Source of the DNA: Octopus sinensis
Taxonomy: Eukaryota
Reading direction: 5' to 3'
Length of the DNA: 64,000 nt
Assembly (NCBI RefSeq): GCF_006345805.1
Contig: NC_043007.1
Location: forward strand, 1,426,001-1,490,000
Within the stretch, counting starts at the first letter, position 1, and the number at the start of each line of letters is the position of its first letter. Under the pieces are notes generated by a model. It saw only the letters and a list, made by a program, of their open reading frames with translations, had not been told where the DNA came from and did not search any database. Shown here one piece after another: positions 37,346 through 49,844 of the stretch. The translations under genes were made by a program, and so were the position numbers.

Positions 37346-39091
37346 ATATTTAGTTATTGTGTTGTGGTCAGCTTATTCTTGCATTACTTAAAGTTTCATA
37401 CCCAGGGTAGAAGATTCTTGCTGTAGTGTTTAGCAAATGAGCAACAAGGCAATATCCTTGTATTACTATGATACTATAATGTCAACTTGCAGCTGCACTT
37501 GCATATGAAATATAGTGCATAACTTCTAGCTTACTTGAGGATGGTTGATTCTCTTAGATTATATATCTCAGTTCGTACTGAATCTGTCAAATTCTGTAAC
37601 AAGACTAAAATATATTGTGTATGTATATCTTAGGTTTCATGATGTGCCACAGTAGTATAAATCTGTTTAACCTGGTGTTTGTAGCTTTTCACATATTTAT
37701 GAACTTCGTTGCTTCACTGAGAAGTTTTTAAGTAAATTCTGCGTGTCTCTATATGTGTGTGTTTCCATATCTGTCACTTTATGCTAAATCCACTAAATCA
37801 GGGGTCTTATGTTTTTCCAAGATGCTAAAAGGAACCTTTTGGTGTCTGCATTTATTGATAATCACAGATATCATATTAAAATAGTTGTGACATTTTTTCA
37901 TGATTCCTTAGGGTAGAAAATGTTCTCAGACTTGCATAACCTGCATGTTCTTGTCCTATTCATATACCTTACATTATTCTAGAATTTGTAAGGGGACTTT
38001 GAATTTAGTATTGCATTCTTTCAATTTCCAAATTTAGTTGGATAGTTTGGTGGCATTGCTCTTTTCTGTGCTTCTGAAAGAGGTATGATTGTAAAGATGA
38101 AATTTGAATTTACTCTCCACTCTACCCACTGTATGCTCTAGTATCTAGGTTTGTTTGTGGCGATGATCTCTGCTACAATGACCTCAGCATTGCATGACTG
38201 GTTGGACAGGAATGCATTCTTTTTTGCATGAGCGATTTATCTCTGCTTGTTTTTGCTGGATCACTTGTAGCTGTATTTGACATGTTTTTTTTTTGATATA
38301 CAATAACTTAGTTTTAAGTTATTATCATAAAACTCTTATAACTGTGATCCAGAGGAAAATGTTTATTGATTAAGCATAAAAATGTTTGAGCTTTGTTGGT
38401 GGGATTAAACCATGTGATTATTCATGTGATTATCCATGTGGTGATGAGGGATTCATAATGTATTTAATCGTCTTTTTATATTATTTGCTTACGGGAGGGG
38501 GATAATTTGATTTCTGTCAGTTCATTATTTTGCATCATAAATGGAGGTTTACGAACGCATGTTCAATATGGTGTGTGTGTTTATGAGTGTATATATATAT
38601 ATATATGTGAGTGTGTGTAGTATATGTATGTATATATATGTGTATGTGTGTGTGAGTTCGTGTTTGAAAAATTATAATAGTACATACAATGAAATATTGA
38701 ATTTCTTTGTTGAAACCGGAAGTCCCTGTGTACTTTTTAACCTTCAAATTATTACAAATAAATGGCAGTACTTTTGGATAAAGGGGTTAATAATCTGTGG
38801 AATGATAAACTAAATATTTAGAAATTTAATCTAAATTAGATTTTGGTAGATTTATCATTTTTTTGTTTTGTTTTACAGTTTCAGTAATGTGAAAGTGAAT
38901 AGCCGAGCATATTCACAGATTCTATAGCAGGAACTGAAATAATCGTTAATGTTGCTGATTATAAATATTTCTTTTAGCATTGCATCGATGTACTTAAATA
39001 AGGAAAGCAAAAAGCAAAATTTTCATATAATTGAAAATAAATCAATTCTGAAAATAAGGAAGAACACATTCAATTAAATTGTTGATTATCA

Positions 39092-39096
39092 TTTAC

Positions 39097-39146
<50 letters not shown>

Positions 39147-39218
39147 CCATCATCATCATTATTATTATTATTATTATTATTATCATTATCTTTATCATTA
39201 TTATTATTACCATCATCA

Positions 39219-39272
<54 letters not shown>

Positions 39273-39282
39273 ATCATCATTA

Positions 39283-39314
<32 letters not shown>

Positions 39315-39466
39315 TTTATCATTATTATTATTATTATTACCATCATCATCATTATTATTATTATTATTATTATCATTATCTATCATTATTATTATTATTA
39401 TTAACATTATCTTTATCATTATTATTATTATCTTTAGCATTATTATTATTATCATTATCTTTATCA

Positions 39467-39504
<38 letters not shown>

Positions 39505-39688
39505 CTTTATCATTATTATTATTATCATTATCTTTGTCATTATTATTATTATTATCTCTATTTTTATTATTATCATTATCATTATTATCATTTATCATTA
39601 TTATCATTATTATCATCATTATTATTATATCATTATCTTATTATTATCATTTTATTATTATCATTATTATTATTATCTTATTATATCA

Positions 39689-39747
<59 letters not shown>

Positions 39748-39750
39748 TTT
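39092..39750. repeat. ~660-bp (ATT)n/(ATC)n compound microsatellite
   Basis: Direct reading, with recurrent accatcatcatc and tatcattatctttatc interruptions. Confidence 0.95.
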
Positions 39751-40115
39751 ATATATCCTGTGTGTATAGTCATACTTTATTTATGAAAGCGATATTCAAG
39801 GAGTTCGTTACAAATATTAATGAAATGATGTTTCTTTTTTTATCCTGTTTGAATTCATTTTGTTATAATTTGAATCCACCAGAGTTTAAATTCTGCTCAG
39901 TATAAATTGTGTCTCAATAGAACAACCCTGAAAAATAAAATGAGATATTTTACAGTCTGAAATCTCAGCTCATGACACCTTGATATTACAATTAATGAAG
40001 AGATATTAAATTTACAAATTCTGATGGGATTTAAAAAAAACTCATTTAAAAATACTTCTTTCTTTTCTTTTGTTTTCTCTCTTTAAGGGAGAGGCTCAGC
40101 TTAAATACATATATC

Positions 40116-40194
<79 letters not shown>

Positions 40195-40244
40195 CATATA
40201 TATATATAACATATATATAGATTAATAATTATATATATATATCC

Positions 40245-40647
40245 ATAGGTGCAGGAGTGGCCGTGGTAAATAGCTTGTTTACCAACCACATGGCTCTGGG
40301 TTCAGTCCTACCACATGGCACCTTGGGCAAGTGCCTTCTGCTATAGCCTCTGGCCGACCAAAGCCTTGTGAGTGGATTTGGTAGACAGAAACTGAAAGAA
40401 GCCCATTGTGTGTGTGTATATATATATGAGTTTGTGTGTATGGGTTTGTGTGTCTGTGTTTGTCCCCACACCATCACTTGACAACCGATGTTTGTTTGTC
40501 TATGTCTCTGTAACTTAGCGGTGTGGCAAAAGAGGTTGATACAATAAGTACTAGGCTTACAAAGAGTAAGACCTGGGGGTCGATTTGTTCAACTAAAGGC
40601 GGTGCTCCAGCATAGCCGCAGTCAAAAGATTGAAACGATAAAAAATA
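40245..40647 (+). mobile_element. SINE family A, full length
   Basis: Family A consensus. Confidence 0.88.
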
Positions 40648-42210
40648 ATATAATTATTTTAAGAGAGAAAGTACATTGTCGTCATCATCGTCATCATCAC
40701 CTGACTATGATGACGACAATGTGCTTCGTCATCATTTAAAATTCGTTACTTAGAATTTAATACATTTCAAAATACGCACAAGTCGTATTTTGTGATATAT
40801 TCTTAATATTATTAGCATCTGATATACAATAATTATATAACGAAAACAACAAAAAAAATACTAACAAGCAAACACCAAGAAACAAAAACAAACAAAAATC
40901 TGTCTTCATGATACGTTGAGCCAATGTCTATTGGCGAGAGTTATATCTCTATGTCACATGAAAATATTACCTGTAGTTTTCTGATGAATTATTGGAGTTT
41001 CTAATTATTACTTAAATGAAAAATTGATTACCAAGCAAGATGATTCCATTTGGTTGGCTTCTTGGAAATGTGGTGTAAAACGAAAAGAGGAAAGCAAAGT
41101 TTGCTTAGCTTTGTTTTGTTTTGTCAGCTTTTTTTTTTATCTTTATTTGTTTTCTTAGTTTTAAATTGTACCTGTAGATATTAGACATCTGTTCAATTAC
41201 TGGATGTTTTAGGTTCTTTATTAAAGCAAATTGATTTTAGAATTGTTTTGCGGTGTTGACAGATTAGATTGAGCAAATATATAATCATGCACATGCTAAC
41301 CCGTTTATACTTAGACATACGTATTAATATGAAGAGGTCTTCATATTAATTCTTACAATGGCTGATCTATATTCTTTGTTTTCTGGAGCGGCGTCATTGA
41401 TTTCAGTTTATCTTGGTATGAGGACATTATTTGTAAAATTTACCACAGGCGTCAGTAGTAGGGTAGGAGATAAAGAGTGGTTGAGCCGTTAGTTCAGATA
41501 CGAACGATCCTGGTGGGAATGTGGGTGTCTCATTGTTGGATATATTTACTCTGTATGTCTACAAGAATGAGACACCTGATTGGCAATTGGAGATCAAAGT
41601 GACGGAAACTATGTAAATATGCCTACAGAAGGGAAACTGGCTCATCTCTAAAGACGAGTCTAATCATCATCATCATCATCATCATCATATTGTTGTTGTT
41701 GTTATCGTTGTCGTCATCATCATCATCGTCGTCATCGTCATCATCATTATCATCATTGTCATCATTGTCGTCATCATTATTATCGCCTTCATCATCATTA
41801 TCGCCATCATCATTGTCGTCATTATCAGATTATAATCAGATTATACTTCCCAACCTTCTACAAGTTCAAAATAACTTAAAGAATATTCTTCAGTCAGTTG
41901 ATAAACTCTACTACCTTAATGTTCTTAAAATTCAAATCGACATCTTTGTCTATATATCTACCTTCTCTATAATGTTATCAATTAATATGAAAATTATGTA
42001 TTAATGGAAAACCTCTATAAATGGCTGATGATTGTTCAACATTTTAAAACCGTTGTAATACTTACAATATTTAATAAAATGATGTAGTGTGAAACGTTGC
42101 TTAGTTTTATTATAATCACCCCATAGATTTACATGGATAACACCATACAAAATTCTGGTGCATCTAACTTAAGTACCATATTCATTTGAATCTAAATTTG
42201 AATCTAAATA

Positions 42211-42379
42211 ATAGGCGCAGGAGTGGCTGTGTGGTAAGTAGCTTGTTTACCAACCACATGGTTCTGGGTTCAGTCCCACTGCGTAGCACCTTGGGCAAGT
42301 GTCTTCTACTATAGCCTCGGGCCCACCAAAGCCTTGTGAGTGGATTTGGTAGACGGAAACTGAAAAGAAGCCCTTTGTA

Positions 42380-42414
<35 letters not shown>

Positions 42415-42637
42415 GCATGTGTGTGTTTGTGTGTCTGTGTTTGTCCCCCTAGCATTGCTTGACAACCGGTGCTGGTGTGTTTATGTCCCCGTTACTTAGT
42501 GGTTCGGCAAAAGAGACCGATAGAATAAGTACTGGGCTTACAAAAGAATAAGTCCCAGGGTTGAGTTGCTCGATTAAAGGTGGTGCTCCAGCATGGCCAC
42601 AGTCAAATGACTGAAATAAGTAAAAGAGTAAAAAGAG
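42211..42637 (+). mobile_element. SINE family A, full length
   Basis: Close to consensus; A and B boxes intact. Confidence 0.9.
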
Positions 42638-43179
42638 TATAGGTATGTATGTTATCTCCACCGATAAGTTTGCTGTTATGTTATTGTTTGGTCTTGGCTT
42701 GTCGTGGGTGGGTCACTTCTGGTTTGTATCTGGGACGGATGTTGTTTTGTCTTCTGACCAGCTGGTCATGTCTTTTTGTGTCTGTCCATGTCTTGGAAGA
42801 AGGCTGTCATCCCTGAATGTTTTTTGGTTGTTTCGTGTTGCTGTGAGTGTGGCTTTGTATCGGTGTGACTAATATTGCTGCTTCCGTGGTGGTGTTGACG
42901 GAGTTTTTTTTTCTACTGTTGCCGCTTTGTGTAGAAACCTAGCTGGGCAGATTCACAATCACCACTGTGACAATAAAGATGAACAATGGTTTAATCTTTG
43001 GAAGCATTTATATTCTACTTATGATGTGTATGTGTGCCACATGTACATATAAGTATACAGCAAGTGTACACGGCACATATACACGTCTTAACATATGAGT
43101 AGAAAATAAATGGCTCCAAAGATTAAACCATTGTTTGACCCCCACACACCTAGGTTTCTACATGAAGTGGCAACAATAT

Positions 43180-43184
43180 ATCTG

Positions 43185-43240
<56 letters not shown>

Positions 43241-43245
43241 CCTAC

Positions 43246-43303
<58 letters not shown>

Positions 43304-43345
43304 ATTTATCTATCTATCTATCTTTCTATCTATCTATCCATATAT
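43180..43345. repeat. (TCTA)n tetranucleotide microsatellite
   Basis: Direct reading. Confidence 0.95.
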
Positions 43346-43803
43346 TGGAAGGGCATCCAGCTGTAGAAACTTTGCCTGATCAGATTGGAGCCTGGCACAG
43401 CCTTCTGGTTTGCCAGTCCTCAGTCAAACCGTCCAACCCATGCCAGCATGGAAAGTGGACGTTAAACGACAACAATGAAGATGATGATGATGTGTGTGTG
43501 TATGTGTGTGTTTGTGCTTGTATGTGGGACCAAGTCCAAAACGATGACGTTGCCAAGCAACCTCCTCCCCAGCCAGATTGCTATATAGGTTCTTCAGAAA
43601 CAAGCAATCAAATACTCACCATCCTCCTTATAAAGTATTGTCTTTCAAAGAAATCAGATATTTATTGTATTGACCTAATAAAGTAATGAATTAAGAGGTT
43701 TTTTTCTGTTTGCCCATGATTTATAATATTCTAAAAGACAAAAAAAAAAAAAGAATGAAGGAAAAACACTAATTTATGTTGTGAAACACAAGAAGAATTT
43801 TAA

Positions 43804-43991
43804 TACAGTTCTATATTTAAGAGACAAGGAATTATGTACATTATTTACATTTGATAGATATTTGTCCTCATCTTGTTTGTTGTTAACACAACCTTTCGGC
43901 TGATATACCCTCCAGCTTTCATCAGGTGTTCTGGGGGAATTTCGAACCTGACTTCTCATTCCTAAGGTATTTCTCGATGATGATGTTGTTG

Positions 43992-44028
<37 letters not shown>

Positions 44029-44299
44029 TATATGGCATAGTGGTTAAGTGTGCGGGCTACTAACCCCAAGATTTCAAGTTCGATTCCAGGCAGTGACCTG
44101 AATAATAATAACAACAACAACAACAATAATAATAATAATAGTAGCAACAACAACAACATTGAAAAATACCTTAGGAATGAGAACACAGGTTCGAAATTTT
44201 CCCAAGACACCTGATGAAGGCTGGAGAGTATATCAGCCGAAACGTTGTGTTAACAAACAAACAAGATGAGGACAAATATCCATCAAATGTAAATAATGT
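43804..44299. mobile_element. Foldback tRNA-head/hammerhead element (family D), copy 2: minus arm lacking its head + complete plus arm
   Basis: Left end tacagttctatatttaagag; minus hammerhead ~43885-43930 (degenerate); plus head 44026-44100 (tggcatagtgg / aagttcgattcc); plus hammerhead 44206-44251. Confidence 0.88.
44206..44251 (+). ncRNA. Minimal type I hammerhead ribozyme motif (Penelope-like, palindromic stem III)
   Basis: GACAC-CUGAUGA-A-GGCUGG(AGAGUAUA)UCAGCC-GAAA-CG-UU^GUGUU. Stem I GACAC/GUGUU, 6-bp stem II, AACGUU palindrome; predicted cleavage after 44246. Activity untested. Confidence 0.75.
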
Positions 44300-44449
44300 T
44301 ATTAACCTGCTGTGTATATTTTACTTTTGGTTAAGTTATGTACTTTTGTAATTCCATGGTGGACTGCCATGGAAGAGAAAGAAGAATCTTGTGAACAGGA
44401 ACTCTCTCTTTGCTTCTCAAATATGGTGGGGGGGGGGAGTGACGACCTG

Positions 44450-44660
44450 GCAGAGGTGTTAGGATGCCGGACTAAATGCTTTGCAGAATTTCATCCATCT
44501 TTATGTCCTGAGTTCCTGAGTTCAAATTCCACTGAAGGTCGACTTTGCCTTTCACCCTTTCGGGGTCAATTAAATAAGTATCAGTTGAGCACAGAGGCCA
44601 GTGTAATCCACTAACACCCTCCACCCAAATTTTAGGCCTTGTGCCTACATTAGAAAGGAT
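44450..44660 (+). mobile_element. Family B SINE, B1 tail
   Basis: gagttcaaattcc..ggtcgactttgcctttcacc...ggccttgtgcctacattagaaagg. Confidence 0.75.
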
Positions 44661-44927
44661 TGCTATAGTGGAGGAGAATTGAAAGGACATTAATATCATG
44701 TTGAGGTGTCTGGTATTTGTCAGTTTGAGAATCAAGGCTCTGTCGTATATTAAATACTTAAGAGTTAAACTAAGCTGTGCTTGACAGGTTCCCAAGCTGG
44801 GACTGGACAATGTTAAGTAGCTTCCAGATAGAATTGGCTGTTAAATTATTGAGCAGCTGTCAGTCTTCTAAGATTGTGTTCTGAATTTAGTCAAATGTGA
44901 TTGTTTTGTTAGTTTTGTAAATATAAA

Positions 44928-45298
44928 CAGGCGCAGCAGTAGCTGTGTGGTAAGTAGCTTGTTTACCAACCACATGGTTCCGGGTTCAGTCCCACTGCGT
45001 GGCACCTTGGGCAAGTGTCTTCCACTATAGCCTCGGACCGACCAAAACGTTGTGAGTGGATTTCATAGACAGAAACTGAAAGTCCGTCGTGTATATATAT
45101 ATGTGTGTGTGTGTATGTATGTATATGTTTGTGTGTCAGTGTTTGTCCCCCCCAACATCGCTTGACAACCGATGCTGGTGTGTATAGAATAAGTACTAGG
45201 CTTACAAAGAATAAGCCCTGGGGTCGATGTGCTCGACTAAAATCGGTGCTCCAACATGGCCGCAGTCAAATGACTGAAACAAATAAAAGAAAAAAAAA
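44928..45298 (+). mobile_element. SINE family A with internal deletion
   Basis: Family A consensus, ~45 nt missing after gatgctggtgtgt. Confidence 0.85.
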
Positions 45299-45479
45299 TA
45301 TATAAACTGTTTATGTTTGGTCTTTGCTGTTCAAACAAACCAGGCTTCCACACACACTTACACACACCTATCTATCTATACACATACACAAACACACAAC
45401 AGCCCTACCACCACCACATACACACACCTGCATGTATATGTATCTGGTTAGATCAACCGGATGTGCATATGACATAACT

Positions 45480-45950
45480 GGTATGAAGAGTGGCTGTGTG
45501 GTAAGTAGCGTGCTTACCAACCACATGGTTCTGGGTTCAGTCTCACTACGTGGCACCTTGGGCAAGTGTCTTCTACTATAGCCTCGGGCCGACCAAAGAT
45601 TTGTGAGTGAATTTGGTAGACAGAAACTGAAAGAAGGCACCTTTTGAGTGTTGGGCCTCATGGAGGTAAAGTGGCTGAGCTCCTTTTGTGTGTTGGGCCT
45701 CACATAGGCAATGACTGAGACCTTTGGCATTATTTTGTGCTTGAGAAGAAAACCCATCAAGCCAGGTAAAACGGTAGTCATGGCAGATATTGGTGTCACA
45801 CAAATGGCACCCGTGCCAGTGGTATGTAAAAGCACCCATTACACTCTTGGAGTGGTTGATGTAAGAAAGGACATCCAGCAGTAGAAAACCATGCCAAATC
45901 AGACTGGAGTCTGGTGCAGCCTTGCAGCTTTCCAGCCCTGGTCAAACCTA
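45480..45950 (+). mobile_element. Chimera: family A head joined to RTE ORF2 C-terminus/3'UTR (family C)
   Basis: ...gacagaaactgaaagaag|gcaccttttgagtgttgggcctc (DLRxLGLT-like, duplicated)...aaaagcacccattacactc. Confidence 0.6.
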
Positions 45951-46150
45951 TTTCTTCACTACCCACAAGGGGCTAAACACAGAGAGGACAGGCAAACGGA
46001 TTAAGTCGATTATATCGACCCCAGTGCGTAACTGGTACTTAATTTATCGACCCCGAAAGGACAAAAGGCAAAGTCGACCTCGGCAGAATTTGAACTCAGA
46101 ACGTAATGGCAAACGAAATACCGCTGAGCATTTCGCCTGCCAGCTCGCCG
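45950..46150 (-). mobile_element. Family B SINE, B2 tail
   Basis: Matches 16050-16268. Confidence 0.8.
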
Positions 46151-46704
46151 CCTTTCAAACCATCCAACCCATGTCAGCATGGACAAAGATACGTTAAAAG
46201 ATGATGATGATGGTGATGATGGAGCTTCTTACCACGCAGCCATGCCTGCATCTATTTATACACATTGCAAATTGTGACCAGCAACATATGGTCATATATT
46301 GAAACGAATTACTATCGCATATGCTGCTGTTCAAAGTCAGTTCAAATGCTTTATTTATTAATTCCACCTCTATTAACTCCATCGTAAATTGCACTTATTT
46401 CTCTCGTTAAAGCAAAATGGTATTTCTTCTTTTTCCACTTGCTGTATTTGTCATTTGCAAATCTGTTCATATCTCAGAGAATTTACATTTTCATAAAATT
46501 TCTAATTCCCATCAATATTTCCCCAGTGTCAGCTGATTCGGAGCTGATTCTCCCAGTTGTTCTCATTATCATTTAGCTCCCATGATCTGCCTTGATTGAG
46601 CTGGTCCTATACTCAAAAGCATTCCAGCCATGACCATCCCATCCCATCTTTTTGTTGATCTAAGAATATATCACTGACCATATTATATGAGTGTGTATTT
46701 TTTT

Positions 46705-46940
46705 GTTAAGAGACGATGCCAGCGCCGCCTTGACTGGCATCCGTGCTGGTGGCACATAAAAAGCACCAACCAATTGTGGCTACTAGCACGTAAAAAGTAC
46801 CCACTACACTCACGGAGTGGTTGGCGTTAGGAAGTGCAGATCAGACTGGAACCTGGTGCAGCCTCCTGGCTTCCCAGACCCCGGTCGAACCGTCCAACCC
46901 ATGCTAGCATGGAAAGCGGACATTAAACGATGATGATGAG
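46705..46940 (+). mobile_element. RTE 3'UTR copy (family C)
   Basis: Family C consensus. Confidence 0.8.
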
Positions 46941-47759
46941 GGGGAGGAGGAGGAGAGTAGGGTATGATTTGAAGGTGATTTGGTGGTCATTTCTAGCATG
47001 CTGCATGGTCTGGTAGAGGCTCCATCAGCCCATGGTTCACTTTGTTGCTACTTTATTTGGCATTTACATCATAAAGAAAAAAAACTTATAGATGAAGTAA
47101 ATAGAGTGGACAGATGTTACTGGTTGTATGGGGGGACTGGGGGTGGATTGAGGTTGTGCTTGGGGCAAGAGTAGCAATCAAAGCAGATGTGAGAAAAATC
47201 CTTGAATAATGTAATTAACGAAAAATGGCATAAATAATGGTAACTTGATTATTGTTTGTGTCTGAGAAAATAAGAACCGTTCAAGTTGATTGAAAACAGA
47301 TTTGGAATAATTTGGATGTCATAATTAATGCATCGGTTTGCAAGGTTATGACTGTGGTGGTTCAGAAGTTTGTTTCTTGGCAATGTGGTTTCAAGCCCAT
47401 GCCTGGTATGTAGTACCCTGGGCAGGGGTCTTTTACTGTAGCACCAAGCCAACCAAAATCTTGAGAGTAGATTTGTACAGAGAACTGTGTGTGTAAATCA
47501 TGTGTGTATGTATATATATATGCAGCGATCAAAATAAATTCAGTATAAATTCCTCTTGTATAATCGAAGAAAACCTTAAATCAAAGCACAGATTCTAAAT
47601 ACATCTGGCTAGGGTTAGGGTTCTGACGAATGGGAATGTGAAACTGAGTAACAGTTTTGTGATATTTCTGCTGCTCTTAAGAAAGCATATTACTCTACCT
47701 ATTTTCCACCTTGTTTCAAATTTACGTGCTTACTCTAGTATATATATATGTATATATTT

Positions 47760-47958
47760 ACGTGCCGGTGGCACGTAAAAAGCACCCACTACAGTCTCGG
47801 AGTGGTTGGCGTTAGGAAGGGCATCCAGCAGTAGAAACTCTGGCAAATCAAGATTGGAGCCTGGTGCAGCCATCTGGTTCACCAGCCCTCAGTCAAAATC
47901 ATCCAACCCATGCTAGCATGGAAAGCAGACGTTAAACGATGATGATGATGATGATGAT
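47760..47958 (+). mobile_element. RTE 3'UTR copy (family C), followed by a family A tail (47975-48200)
   Basis: Family consensus matches. Confidence 0.8.
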
Positions 47959-48201
47959 ATATATATATATGTATGTATATATTTGTGTGTGCGTGTGTGA
48001 CTATTTGTCCCTCCACCAACGCTTGACAACCGATGTTGGTGTGTTTGTGTTTCCTTACATAGCAGTTCAACAAAAAAGACAAATATAATAGGTACTAGTC
48101 TTTCAAAGAATAAGTCCTGGGGTCAATTTGTTTGACTAAAGATGGTGCTCCTGCATGGCCACAGTCAAATGACTGAAACAAGTAAGAGAATAAAAAAAAG
48201 A

Positions 48202-48234
<33 letters not shown>

Positions 48235-48474
48235 AATTTGGTTCTGGTGTTCGCTGAATTCTTCCTCTAGAGAATTTCCCTTGTAGTTTGATCGTTTATG
48301 ATCTATTTCTAGCATTCTGGCCGGCTACCTAGCAGGCCAGCCCTGCCAATATACACATATATTTGAATTTCCTCTGACTCCTCAGATTTTTTGAATGCTG
48401 GACTACTGGTTTTAAATTGATATTAAAATTAATATTAATTTATCTCCCTCAATCTTTAAATATATATATATATA

Positions 48475-48990
48475 TATGGGCACAGGCATAACTGTGTGGT
48501 TAGGAAACTTGCTTTGTAATCACATGGTCTCAGGTTCAGTCCCACTGTGTGGCACCTTGGGCTGTAACCACAGGCCAACCGAAGCCTTGTGATTGAATTT
48601 GATAGGCAGAAGTTACCATCATGTGTATTAGTATGTGTGTTTGTGCCTCCTAACAGAGAAGGAACACACACATCACTGATAAATATATGCACACACACAG
48701 ACACTCACGAACACGCATATATTTAAACACACACACACACATAACTGTGTGTGTGTGTGTGTGTGTGTGTCTATTTGTGTTTTCCTGTTTTGACACCAAG
48801 CGATAGTTGTAGTTATGTGTCACTTCATTTCTAATCTTTTGTGAAAACATTTTTCTGTCATGGAGACGTCTTTGTTTGAAAACTGGTGAAGGTTAGGAAC
48901 AGGAAAGGCATCGGGTCACAGAAAAGCTGCTTCAGTGAACTGCATCTGACCCATCCAAGCATGAAAAGTTGATCTTAAAAATGATGATGA
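48475..48990 (+). mobile_element. SINE with family A-type head and the alternative RTE-like tail
   Basis: ggcacaggcataactgtgtgg...ggttcagtccc, (TG)n, then a tail like 470-742. Confidence 0.6.
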
Positions 48991-49844
48991 TAATGATGCT
49001 GCTGATTGTTGTTGTTGTTGTTGTTAAGCAACAAGACGGGTAAGGGTGATTAGGTGATGGTCTAGGGCTTAGGGGCGGGAGACCCCGGACCTTGGAAGAA
49101 AAAGAAAACTTTGGTCGTCTTGTAGTCAAGGCTCTTCATTGGCGCCTGACACCACTGGGAGGTGGCCCTTGAAGTCGCTGGAAATGGAGATTTCCAGGTC
49201 CGAATTCTTGAACGGTTGCTGCTGCTGATGTATATGGTGCTCTTGTTTAACCCTAGGTCAATCCTGTTCTAGCAGACCTGTGATCAAAGACTTTCCGTTT
49301 GTAATAGAATCTATCCCTGTTTGCAAATCTCAAATACTTTATATCTACTTGCTTTTAAGTTAGTATGGTCTCATTTCAGGGTAATTTCATTGCTATTTCT
49401 TGCTGACCAAGCCCTGTAGTCAGAAGGATGCACTGTCATTCTTTTGGAAATTCCTAACATTTTTGGAGAAATGTATTTTTCCAAAGAAATAAAATCCGGC
49501 TGAGTTGCAAAGATTTGTTATGTTTGGTTGCTAATGAATAATCCGAGCTGTATGTCACTGGCTTTAATCATTTAATAATCAAGAATATTAATTTACTGTT
49601 AATTTAATAATGGATTTTGCAATTCTTGATTGCAAAAATTACTTTCTCATATTGTTCATTCTGTTCTCATTGTGTCTACGGCAAGTATAGCTGCGTGGTT
49701 AAAAAGTTAACTACTCCAACTTCAGCGTTTTAGGTTCAATTCTACTGCATGTCACCCTGGTGCAGGTCTTTTACTACAACCTCATGCCCCACCAAACTGA
49801 GTGGATTTAGTTGATAGAATCTGAAAGAAGCACATTATATATAT

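Noticed and set aside
44026-44100. tRNA gene calls for the tRNA-like heads (also 60961, 42211, 31405-31480 and others)
   Set aside because: They lack a closing acceptor stem and terminator, and each continues into a repeat body; they are SINE heads.
47608-47621. Telomere-like ctagggttagggtt
   Set aside because: Only about two units; expected by chance.
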